DNA from: an uncultured candidatus Brocadiaceae bacterium
GTDB taxonomy: Bacteria; Planctomycetota; Brocadiia; SM23-32
Assembly (NCBI GenBank): GCA_964421565.1
Contig: CAYQXJ010000014.1
Span: forward strand, 20,690 to 84,689
DNA: 64,000 nucleotides
Reading direction: 5' to 3'
The position numbers were made by a program, and so were the translations under genes. Shown piece by piece: positions 55,646-64,000 of the stretch. Under the pieces are notes generated by a model. That model was not told the DNA's origin. It saw nothing but the letters and a program-made list of their open reading frames with translations, and made no database searches. Numbering within the stretch: position 1 is the stretch's first letter; every line of letters begins with the position of its first letter.

Positions 55646-57040
55646 ATGAAGGCCATCTTCATCATGTCCGACTCATTCCGCCGCGACCATATCGGGGCGT
55701 ACGGTAACGAGTCGATCCAGACGCCGAACCTCGACCGCCTGGCCGGGATGTCGCACGTGTTCGAGGACATGTACGCCGGTTCCTTCCCCACGGGGCCGAA
55801 CCGGCGCGACATTCACGTGGGCAAGGGAGAGGCGCCGGGTACGCCGTTCAACTCGTGGAAGAACATCGAGCCCGATGAGGTCACCCTCGCAGAGCGCCTG
55901 GGCCGGGCGGGCGTGCCGAGCCAGATGATCACCGACGTGGCGAACGGCGCGGCCCGGGGGGCCAACATGTTCAAGGGCTTCGGCGCCTATCACGTCAACC
56001 GCGGCCAGGAGGGCGACTCATACTTCCTGGATGATTCGGCGGATCTCGATTACCCGCTGCCGCCCGAGCTCATACGATACAACGAGGCCGGGCTCCACAG
56101 GGTGCTGATGAATCGGGCCCGGCGTCGCTGTGAGGAGGATTACTTCGCTCCCGGCACCTTCAAGCTGGCGTGCGAATGGCTGGAGCGGAACTGGCGGCGC
56201 GAGCAGTTTCTGCTCTGGGTGGAGGTCTTCGACCCCCACGAGCCGTGGGACCCTCCGCCCTGGTACCTCGACCTTTACGATCCGGGCTATGGCGGCCGTG
56301 TGTTCGAGTTTCCGCCCTACGGCTATTATCGGAAGATGGGCATCACGGAGCGCGAGATACGGCACACACAGGCGCGATACGCCGGCGAGGTGACCATGGT
56401 GGACCACGCCGTCGGTCGCCTGCTTGCCACTCTGCAGAAACTCGGCCTGACGGACGAAGTTGCGATCGTCTTCACCTCCGATCACGGCATCTACGCCGGC
56501 CACCACGGCGATGCCGGCTGCGTGGGTAAGCCCTGGCTGGTTTGTGATGAGACCGCCTGGCTGGTGGGCGGTGACTTCAGTGTGCGCAACCCCACGCGCC
56601 TGCCCCTGCGCACCGGCACGATGCGCATCCCCCTGATCATCAAGCTGCCGGGCCAGACGCAGGGCGAACGACACCGCGGCATCGTGCAGCCCTGGGACCT
56701 GCACCCCACAATGCTGGAGCTGTTTGGCATGGATCCGCCACACGACCTGCAAGGCACTTCGCTGTTGCCGGCAATGCAGGGCGATAAGCTGCCCGAGCGC
56801 GAGTACGCCTTCAACTGCTGCATGCACTCTGGGTCGGGCACGCGGCAGGCGATGAACGGGGAGTGGATCTACACCTGCTGGCCGGCCGGAGAGCAGGAGC
56901 CGCACCTGATCGACCTGCAGAGCGATCCCGGGCAGGAGCATAACGTCGCAGGCGAACATGCCGACGTGTGCCGCCGCATGCATGCCGCGCTGGGGGATGC
57001 GGATCCGGCGTCTTTCCAGGATGCGGCGAATCCCTGGTAG
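55646..57040 (+). CDS. Sulfatase-like hydrolase with Thr at the nucleophile position
   Basis: IMSDSFRRDH, TPNLD, SFPTGPNRR, FDPHEPWDPP, SDHG. Confidence 0.85.
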   Translation: MKAIFIMSDSFRRDHIGAYGNESIQTPNLDRLAGMSHVFEDMYAGSFPTGPNRRDIHVGKGEAPGTPFNSWKNIEPDEVTLAERLGRAGVPSQMITDVANGAARGANMFKGFGAYHVNRGQEGDSYFLDDSADLDYPLPPELIRYNEAGLHRVLMNRARRRCEEDYFAPGTFKLACEWLERNWRREQFLLWVEVFDPHEPWDPPPWYLDLYDPGYGGRVFEFPPYGYYRKMGITEREIRHTQARYAGEVTMVDHAVGRLLATLQKLGLTDEVAIVFTSDHGIYAGHHGDAGCVGKPWLVCDETAWLVGGDFSVRNPTRLPLRTGTMRIPLIIKLPGQTQGERHRGIVQPWDLHPTMLELFGMDPPHDLQGTSLLPAMQGDKLPEREYAFNCCMHSGSGTRQAMNGEWIYTCWPAGEQEPHLIDLQSDPGQEHNVAGEHADVCRRMHAALGDADPASFQDAANPW

Positions 57041-57053
57041 CGGCGGGAGGGCG

Positions 57054-58427
57054 TTACAGTAGGGGAGCCAGCAGCCGGCCGACACCCTCGAGCAGTTCCG
57101 CCACGCCTGACGCTTCCTTCATGCCGGTCTCGCTGCGGGATACGGCGTTCTCGCACCAGCAAGCCAGCCGTGAGACGGCTTCCCTCTCGTGCACGAACAG
57201 GGCGACTTCGTAGTTGAGGAAGAAGCTGCGCACGTCCATGTTCATGGAGCCGACGATGGCGCGGTCGTCAGCGACTACCAGCTTGGCGTGGAGCATGCCT
57301 GGTTGGAACCTGTGCACGGCGGCCGCGGCGTCCTGCGCCTGTCGCAGGTAGCTGCGGCGCACCAGGTCGGCGAGGTGATGGTTGGATTGGTCGGGCACGA
57401 CAATGCGCACGTCCACCCCGCGCCGGGCAGCGATGCACAGCGCGCGGGCGAGCATCTCGTCGGGCACGAAGTAGGGCGTTGTGATCCATATCCGTTCGCG
57501 CGCCTCGAACAGGTAAGTGACCACGGCGTCATACAGGGCGTCGCCGGGCACGTCGGGACCGCTCGGCACGAGCTGCACCGCAGCGTCTCCGACGGGCTCG
57601 GGCGCTTTGTCAAGGACGGGTAATTCCTCGCCGGCCGCGAAGGACCAGTCCCCCCGGAACACGGTGTAAAGGTCGGCCAAAACAGGCCCGCGAACGGCGA
57701 GCGATATGTCGTGCCATCTGTCGGGGTCACCCTCCGGGCCCATGTATTCCTCAGCCAGATTCATGCCGCCGAGCATGCCGTAAGCGTGGTCGACGAGCAC
57801 AATCTTGCGGTGATTGCGCAGATTGGCGCGCCCGCGGAACGGCAGGTGCATCATGGGCATGAAGCGCGCGTGCCGGCCGCCGGCAGCCTCGTAGTCCGCC
57901 AGAAACCGGCCTGAGACCTGCCAGCATCCGAGTGCGTCGAGCAGCAGGTACACCTCGGCGCCTTGCTTCGCCTTCTGGGTAAGCACGTCCATGATGGCGC
58001 GGCCCGCGGCGTCGGTGCCGAGTATGTAGGTGCTGATGTGGATGGAGTGCTCGGCTGCCTCGAGGTGTTCCATCAGGTCGTCGAATGCGTGCTCTCCGGT
58101 GCCGAGCAGCATCACCTCGTTGCCCTGCCGCGGCGGAAACACGCCGCCCGGTTCGGCGGGCAGTGCACCGATGAGGGCCCGCCCGCCGTCGGACCGACGG
58201 GCCAGATCGGGCAGGCTCTCCTTGCGCTCCTCCGCCTTCTTCAGCTTGCGACCGCCGAATATCAGGTACAGGGGCACGCCGACATACGGAACCAGGAAGA
58301 TCGCCAGCAACCAGGCCATCGTGCTTGCCGGCGGCCGACGTTCGCGCAGCAGGTGCACCACCAATACGAGCGCCAGCAGGAAGCCGAGCGCTGGCAGCAG
58401 GTACGACAACATCCAGCGCAGCACCAT
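57054..58427 (-). CDS. cls: Cardiolipin synthase (PLD family)
   Basis: Two N-terminal TM segments, NHRKIVLVD and LHAKLVVAD HKD motifs, TPYFVPD, GSMNMD.RSF.LN.E. Confidence 0.9.
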   Translation of the reverse strand: MVLRWMLSYLLPALGFLLALVLVVHLLRERRPPASTMAWLLAIFLVPYVGVPLYLIFGGRKLKKAEERKESLPDLARRSDGGRALIGALPAEPGGVFPPRQGNEVMLLGTGEHAFDDLMEHLEAAEHSIHISTYILGTDAAGRAIMDVLTQKAKQGAEVYLLLDALGCWQVSGRFLADYEAAGGRHARFMPMMHLPFRGRANLRNHRKIVLVDHAYGMLGGMNLAEEYMGPEGDPDRWHDISLAVRGPVLADLYTVFRGDWSFAAGEELPVLDKAPEPVGDAAVQLVPSGPDVPGDALYDAVVTYLFEARERIWITTPYFVPDEMLARALCIAARRGVDVRIVVPDQSNHHLADLVRRSYLRQAQDAAAAVHRFQPGMLHAKLVVADDRAIVGSMNMDVRSFFLNYEVALFVHEREAVSRLACWCENAVSRSETGMKEASGVAELLEGVGRLLAPLL

Positions 58428-58543
58428 GGCGTTGCTCCGTTCGTCCCCGTCCCTGAACGAGGGCGATTGTAACATCCTCGCCGGCGCAGTGACACCGACT
58501 GGCTTGAGGGGGCGCGCAGTTGCCGCCGCGGCGCCTGCCGCCC

Positions 58544-58572
58544 TTGCAAGCGCCGGCCGCCGCGCCTATCAT
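58544..58572 (+). promoter_or_regulatory. Candidate sigma70 promoter for the GH130 gene
   Basis: TTGCAA, 17 nt, TATCAT; a divergent TGnTACAAT for cls lies on the minus strand around 58474-58466. Confidence 0.55.
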
Positions 58573-58609
58573 CGCTGCCCTGTCCCAAGCCCAAGGAAGG
58601 ACGCACGCT

Positions 58610-59605
58610 ATGAGCGCACAGGATTCATCCATCGTCGTTGGTGACGCCATAACGAACCTGCCGTGGGAGGATCGCCCGGAGGGCTGCTCCGACGTGGTCT
58701 GGCGCTACAGCGAGAACCCCATCATCCCGTGGGACCTGAATCCCTCCTCGAACAGCATATTCAACAGCGCCGTCGTCCCGTTCGAGGGCAAGTTCGCGGG
58801 CGTTTTCCGCTGCGACGACCGGCGGCGCCGTATGTTGCTGCACAGCGGCCGCAGCGAGAACGGCATCGACTGGCAGATCGACAACGACCCGATCGAGTTC
58901 GAGTGCGATATCCCCGCCCTGAGGCGTTTCGAGTACGGCTACGACCCACGCGTCTGCTGGATCGAGGATCGCTATTACGTTCAGTGGTGCAACTGGTACC
59001 ACGGACCCACCATCGGCTTGGCCTGGACGAAAGACTTTGAGACGTATCACCAGATGGAGAACGCCTTCCTGCCTTACAACCGCGACGGCGTCCTGTTCCC
59101 CCGCAAGGTCGGCGGCAACTACGGCATGCTCAGCCGCCCGAGCGGGCCGGGCCACAACGCATTCGGTGACATGTACTACAGCGAGAGCCCGGACCTGACC
59201 TACTGGGGCAAGCACAGGTTCGTGTTCGGCACAGTGGGCGGCTGGCAGTCCACCAAGGTCGGGGCCGGCCCCGTGCCTATCGAGACTGAGGAGGGCTGGC
59301 TGCTGCTCTACCACGGTGTGCTGACCTCGTGCAACGGGTTCTGGTACAGCACCGGCGTGGCGCTGCTCGACCTGGAGGAGCCCTGGAAGGTCATTGCGCG
59401 GGGCGACGAATATGTGCTGGCGCCGAAGGAGACATATGAGTGTGTCGGCGATGTGCCTAACGTGGTCTTTCCCTGCGCGGCGCTCTGCGACGCCCCGAGC
59501 GGGCGGGTCGCCATCTACTACGGCGGCGCGGACACGGTGACCTGCCTGGCCTTCGCTTACGCGGATGAGCTGGCGCAGTTCGCCAGGGACCACAACATGG
59601 CGTGA
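58610..59605 (+). CDS. GH130 beta-mannoside phosphorylase (beta-1,4-mannooligosaccharide phosphorylase-like)
   Basis: WRYSENPII, IFNSAVV, YDPRV, PYNRDGVLFP, KVGAG, GDVPNVVFP, YYGGADT. Confidence 0.92.
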   Translation: MSAQDSSIVVGDAITNLPWEDRPEGCSDVVWRYSENPIIPWDLNPSSNSIFNSAVVPFEGKFAGVFRCDDRRRRMLLHSGRSENGIDWQIDNDPIEFECDIPALRRFEYGYDPRVCWIEDRYYVQWCNWYHGPTIGLAWTKDFETYHQMENAFLPYNRDGVLFPRKVGGNYGMLSRPSGPGHNAFGDMYYSESPDLTYWGKHRFVFGTVGGWQSTKVGAGPVPIETEEGWLLLYHGVLTSCNGFWYSTGVALLDLEEPWKVIARGDEYVLAPKETYECVGDVPNVVFPCAALCDAPSGRVAIYYGGADTVTCLAFAYADELAQFARDHNMA

Positions 59606-59611
59606 GGCCCT

Positions 59612-61390
59612 TTACCGGTCTTTGTGGGCCAGTTCCACGAATGCCTGGCGGTCGTGCAGCTCTACGATGGCCTCCTTCTCGCAGATGCCGACGATCCGGT
59701 CCGGCTCGTCCGGGTCACAGACGGGCAGGCAGTCGTAGTCGTAGTTGCCCATGGTGCGCCAGGCTTCGATGAGCGGTTGATCGGCTTGCAGGCTTACAGC
59801 CTCCGGCTCGAGCAGGTCGCGCACCGGCATGCGTTCGCCGTCCCGGCGGCGCTGGGCAGCCGCCAGCAGGCTGGCGAGCATGACGAGGCCGACGAAGCGC
59901 TGCTGCCCATCAACCACGGGAAAGGTGCGGTTTTCGGAGCGGCGCACCTTTTCGCCGATCTCTGTGATGTCCGCGTTGGCGGGAAGGGCGGTATAACTTT
60001 CCGCTGCAACATCCCCAACCGTCAGGTCGTTCAGCAGCGAGTAGTCCATCCCTCGCGCCATGCGCATGCCCAGGCGTATGAGGCGACGCGTGAAGGCGCT
60101 CTCCGGCTCGAACAGCTCGGCGACCTTGATGCTGATGACGCATGCGATCATGAGAGCCGGGATGGCGGAGTAGTTGCGCGTCAGCTCGAACGTCACCAGT
60201 ATGGCCTGCAAGGGTGCACGCATAACTGCCCCCATCACGGCGGCCATGCCCACCATCACGTAGGCGTGGAAGGGGGCTATGTCGAGGCCGAGCCACGTCT
60301 GCGCCAGGCCATAAAAGAACGCTCCGAGCGCTGCCCCGCTGAACAGGGCCGGGGCGAAGATGCCCCCGCTCGCGCCGGATGCGAGGCCGAGCGAGCAGAG
60401 CAATGGCTTGAGCAGCACGAACACAATCAGCATCCGCAGCGAGGTATCCGGCTCCGTCAGCAGTGACTGGATGAAGCCGTGGCCCGTGCCCAGCAGGCTC
60501 GGCGCCACGAAGCCGACCAGACCGACCGCGAGCCCGCCGAAGAGGGCCCGCGCCCAGAGCTGGCTGAAGAGCCGTTCGAACAGGTCATCCACGGCGAAGA
60601 TCAGCTTCACGAAGTAAATAGAAACGAGCCCCGCGAGCACACCGAGGACGGTGAATAGCAGGTAATCTGCCGCGACGAAAGTCGGCAGCGCCGGGATGAC
60701 GTATTCGCTTAAATGACCAAGCAGGCTGAAGCGGACGATGACGGCCGAGACAGAAGCGACGATCAGCGGCAGCAGCGCGGGCGCCCCGGCGCCGCCCAGT
60801 ATGAGCTCGGCACTGAAGACGGCACCGCCGATCGGGGCGCCGTACTTCGCGGCCAGGCCCGCCGCCGCGCCGGCCGCCACCAGCACTCGGGTGTTGCCCA
60901 CCCCCATCTTGCTGTGCTCGCCGACCAGGCTGCCGACGGCCGCCCCGGTCTGCACCACCGGCCCTTCCATGCCCAGGGGCGCACCCGCGCCAATGCACAG
61001 CGCCGTGAAGAGCGGCTTCAGCATTATCACGCGCCGGCGGATGAAGCCGCCGCCCCGCCCTATGGACGACATAACGCGCCCGATGCCCGTGCCCTGCGTC
61101 TCCGGGGCCGTCCACCGAATGGCATAGGCTACCACGAGGAAGACAACGGCCGGCAAACACACCAGTACGTAACGCCAGGGCTCGGGAAGCGAGCCGACCG
61201 GACGGCCGATGCCCAGGAACAAGTGCCGGTTCAGGAAGCCGACGCACCAGTTGAGCCCCAGGGCGAGTATGCCCGCCAGCAGCCCGACCAATACGGCCAG
61301 GATCACGGTGACGCCGACGGCCGAGGTCTCTGACCGGGGAGGTATCATCCGGCGCAGCAGGCGAGCGATTCTGCTCTCTGTTTCAGCCAT
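59612..61390 (-). CDS. ClC-family chloride channel/antiporter with C-terminal CBS pair
   Basis: GTGIG, GMEGP, FSAE, GGIFAP motifs; CBS repeats; promoter TTGCCT-18-TATAAT on the minus strand at 61467-61438. Confidence 0.92.
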   Translation of the reverse strand: MAETESRIARLLRRMIPPRSETSAVGVTVILAVLVGLLAGILALGLNWCVGFLNRHLFLGIGRPVGSLPEPWRYVLVCLPAVVFLVVAYAIRWTAPETQGTGIGRVMSSIGRGGGFIRRRVIMLKPLFTALCIGAGAPLGMEGPVVQTGAAVGSLVGEHSKMGVGNTRVLVAAGAAAGLAAKYGAPIGGAVFSAELILGGAGAPALLPLIVASVSAVIVRFSLLGHLSEYVIPALPTFVAADYLLFTVLGVLAGLVSIYFVKLIFAVDDLFERLFSQLWARALFGGLAVGLVGFVAPSLLGTGHGFIQSLLTEPDTSLRMLIVFVLLKPLLCSLGLASGASGGIFAPALFSGAALGAFFYGLAQTWLGLDIAPFHAYVMVGMAAVMGAVMRAPLQAILVTFELTRNYSAIPALMIACVISIKVAELFEPESAFTRRLIRLGMRMARGMDYSLLNDLTVGDVAAESYTALPANADITEIGEKVRRSENRTFPVVDGQQRFVGLVMLASLLAAAQRRRDGERMPVRDLLEPEAVSLQADQPLIEAWRTMGNYDYDCLPVCDPDEPDRIVGICEKEAIVELHDRQAFVELAHKDR

Positions 61391-61660
61391 GGCACCGGCG
61401 ACGCGGGAGTGCGGGTGGCGAGCAGCACGGACGCTGGATTATATGCGCTTGGCTACCCCGCAGGCAATGACGCCGCGCGGGTTCGCCTGTGCCCAGGACT
61501 GAGCCCCCAGAGGCGGCAATGGAGGCGCGGAGCGGCTCAATAGCGCCGTCCGGCCCGTCCGCTCGGGCTCGCCCTTTGTGCCTTCCAGTTGCGTGCGCGC
61601 TCAGTGGTGTGCATATTGTCAGCAGACAACCACACGTCACCATGTCCAGGAGGACCGGAT

Positions 61661-63154
61661 ATGCGCAGCACACCGATCGGCATCGCCATGCTCAACGACG
61701 AGCGGCCGCACGTCTGGAAGCAGAACAATCCCGCCAATCAGAGGGTCGTCGACCGATGGGCGGAGATCGTTCGCCGCCAGGTGCGCAAACGTGACGGCTC
61801 GGAGCTGGAGGTCGTCGTCGCCGAGCAGATCATCACCGGTACGCGCGAAGCACAGCAGGTCGGCGAGCAGCTCCGCCGCGCCGGCTGCCGCTCCGTCATC
61901 ATGTGCTATAACGTGTGGAACTTTCCTTTCCTTGCCTGGCCCTTCCTCAACAGCGTTGGGCCCGACCTGCCCGTGCTCAGCCTGTCCAACAACGGCAAGT
62001 TCCCCGGCAACGTCGGCCTCTTGGCCACCGATGGCGCCCTGCGTCAGGCCGGCGTTCGCACGCACCGCATCGTCGGTGATATGGACGACGGGGAAACCGT
62101 GGCACAGGTCGTCGACTGGGTCCGTGCAGCGCAGGCCGTCACCACCGTCCGCAACGAAGTCTACGGGCTCTTCGGCGGACACAGCATGGGCATGGAGACC
62201 GGCTACTGGCACCTGACACAGACGCTGAAGGCCCTCGGCACCACCTGCCGCCAGATCGACCAGCTCTGGTTGGTGAAGGCGATGGAGAACGAGGTCGATG
62301 AGGCAGAGGTCGCGAACGGGCTGGCCTGGTTCGAGCAACTGCTCGGCGACCGGTTGCTCTACGATGGGAAGATACTGACACCCACGACTCTCAAGACGCA
62401 GATACGTCTTTACCTCGCCATGCAGGCGGTGAACGAGGAGAAGGGGTTCGACTTCTGCGGTCTGAAAGGGCAGAGGGAGTTGACCGAGCACGTCTGCCTC
62501 GGCGACGTGCCCGAGATGCTGATGAATGACCCCTACGATTGGCGCGGCGCGAAGGAGCCGGTCGTCTGCGCGACTGAGGCGGACGCCTACGCCGCGCTGA
62601 CCATGCAACTGCTGAAGTACGTTACCGGCGGGCTGCCCGCACTGTTCATGGACGTGCGGCTCTACCACCCCGACCGCGACTTGTGGGACTGGTGCAACAG
62701 CGGCAACCACGCAAGCTGGTACGCGGCCCGCAGCGACGATCCGGCCGAGAACTTCGAGAAGATCACGTTCCATCCGGCCCTGGAATTCTACTTCAAGGCC
62801 GGCGGGGCCTCGGTGGAGTTCGATGCCGCCCCTGGCCGCATGACCTTCGCCCGGCTCGGCCTCTGGGATGGCAAGCCCTTCATGGCGATAGTGCCCGGCG
62901 AAGCCGCGGAACTGCCGCCCGAGGAAAGCCGCGAGCTGAAGGAACAAACGGATCCCACCTGGCCCCACGTCTGGGCGAAGCTGGACGGCAGCTTCCGGCA
63001 GTTTCTGAACGTCTTCCCCTGCAACCACGTGCAGGGCGTGCCCGGCGACCGTGTGCGCGCCCTCACCATGCTCTGCGAGATCTGCGGCATAACGCCGATC
63101 GTCCTCGGCCAGGACCGCCTGCCACCCATATGGGAGATGATGAGCGGCGACTGA
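61661..63154 (+). CDS. L-fucose/L-arabinose isomerase family protein
   Basis: GG.SMGM, KGQRELTE, NDPYDW.G.K, ATEAD, FMDVR, CNSG, CNH (metal ligands E, D, H); AGGAGG RBS. Confidence 0.88.
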   Translation: MRSTPIGIAMLNDERPHVWKQNNPANQRVVDRWAEIVRRQVRKRDGSELEVVVAEQIITGTREAQQVGEQLRRAGCRSVIMCYNVWNFPFLAWPFLNSVGPDLPVLSLSNNGKFPGNVGLLATDGALRQAGVRTHRIVGDMDDGETVAQVVDWVRAAQAVTTVRNEVYGLFGGHSMGMETGYWHLTQTLKALGTTCRQIDQLWLVKAMENEVDEAEVANGLAWFEQLLGDRLLYDGKILTPTTLKTQIRLYLAMQAVNEEKGFDFCGLKGQRELTEHVCLGDVPEMLMNDPYDWRGAKEPVVCATEADAYAALTMQLLKYVTGGLPALFMDVRLYHPDRDLWDWCNSGNHASWYAARSDDPAENFEKITFHPALEFYFKAGGASVEFDAAPGRMTFARLGLWDGKPFMAIVPGEAAELPPEESRELKEQTDPTWPHVWAKLDGSFRQFLNVFPCNHVQGVPGDRVRALTMLCEICGITPIVLGQDRLPPIWEMMSGD

Positions 63155-63237
63155 CATGCCGGTTGCAAGACGCCCGCCACTGCGGCGGCGCGCTCTGCTG
63201 AATGGCCCCGGCCTGCGGCCTGACATGGAGAGGTGCC

Positions 63238-64000
63238 ATGCATAGCATGCCTGAACAGCGGTTCTCAGCAGTCTGGCGCATCACCGCGTGCGTCATGCTC
63301 TGCATTTCCCTGCTTGCGCGCGCGCAGCCGGCAGACCCGCAGGCGCGCCACGCCGCAGTCCGCAACCGCCTGCGTGCTCACCTGCAGAGCGCGCTCATCC
63401 CGTGGTGGGTCGAACACAGCCCGGACACCGAGTTCGGCGGCTTCCTCTGCGAGCTGGAGCGTGACGGGTCGGTCCGCAGCGGCGAGAAGATGCTCGTCAG
63501 TCAGGCGCGGCAGATATGGTCCTTCGCCCGCCTGTGGCGGTCCGGCTATCGGGATGACCCGCGTGTTCACGACGCCGCCGTCCGAGGGCTTCACTTCCTG
63601 CTCCGCCACTTCTGGGACCGCGAGCACGGCGGCTTCATTTACCGCGCCGAGCGCGCCGGCCGAGTACAGAGCGATCGCAAGGACACCTACGCCCACGCGT
63701 TCGTCATCTACGCCGGGGTTGAGTTCCATCGCGCCTTCGGCGATCCCGCCGGCCTCCAGGTAGCCCAGGCCGCCTTCGATGCGCTCGAACGCCATGCCAA
63801 AGATCCCGAATATCCGGGCTACTTCAGCCAGTTGAGCCGCGATTGGGATGTCGGCCGCCGGGGGCGAGCCTCGAAGTCTATGAACACGCAGCTCCACCTG
63901 CTCGAGGCCTTCAGCGAGCTGTACGCGGAGACAAGGGACCAGACCGTGGGCCGGCGCCTTAAGGAGATACTCGACGCGCTGGTCGAGCACGCCTACCTGC
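63238..64000 (+). CDS. AGE/cellobiose 2-epimerase family protein, partial (runs off the window)
   Basis: Not in the ORF track. Reads MHSMPEQRFSAVWRITACVMLCISLLARAQP...IPWW..HSPD.EFGGF...K.LVSQARQIWSFA...WDREHGGF...YAHAFVIYA...KSMNTQLHLLEAFSELY. Confidence 0.88.
   Translation, partial: MHSMPEQRFSAVWRITACVMLCISLLARAQPADPQARHAAVRNRLRAHLQSALIPWWVEHSPDTEFGGFLCELERDGSVRSGEKMLVSQARQIWSFARLWRSGYRDDPRVHDAAVRGLHFLLRHFWDREHGGFIYRAERAGRVQSDRKDTYAHAFVIYAGVEFHRAFGDPAGLQVAQAAFDALERHAKDPEYPGYFSQLSRDWDVGRRGRASKSMNTQLHLLEAFSELYAETRDQTVGRRLKEILDALVEHAYL

Overview
A GC-rich bacterial chromosome segment, most likely from an anaerobic, glycan-degrading member of the Planctomycetota/PVC group. This assignment is inferred from the SecE, RpoB and S12 signatures and from the sulfatase and UroD-family content. 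Positions 1-14952 hold the core tuf(3' end)-rpmG-tRNA-Trp-secE-nusG-rplKAJL-rpoBC-rpsLG-fusA cluster. It carries unusual substitutions in the RNA polymerase catalytic centre, natural rifampicin- and streptomycin-resistance-type residues, and a divergent EF-G that is followed by a corrinoid-activator (RACo/ASKHA) gene rather than tuf or rpsJ. The rest is accessory metabolism: five sulfatase-family genes plus a collapsed sulfatase pseudogene, glycoside hydrolases, a glycoside phosphorylase, epimerases, a PerR-ferredoxin-DPSL stress unit, transporters and cardiolipin synthase. The strongest candidate for an undescribed system is the four-gene operon at 26866-31224. It encodes an ArsR repressor with a palindromic operator, a Ddl-like ATP-grasp ligase, a KamA-like radical-SAM aminomutase with an altered substrate pocket, and an intact peptidyl-tRNA hydrolase fused to a glutathionylspermidine-synthase-type ATP-grasp ligase. 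Together these suggest a stress-induced, possibly tRNA-linked beta-amino-acid peptide pathway. A 76-bp direct repeat (51228-51303 and 52844-52919) looks like a duplicated regulatory module. I saw no CRISPR array, rRNA or intact transposase. All family assignments come from motif recognition by eye; no database searches were run.
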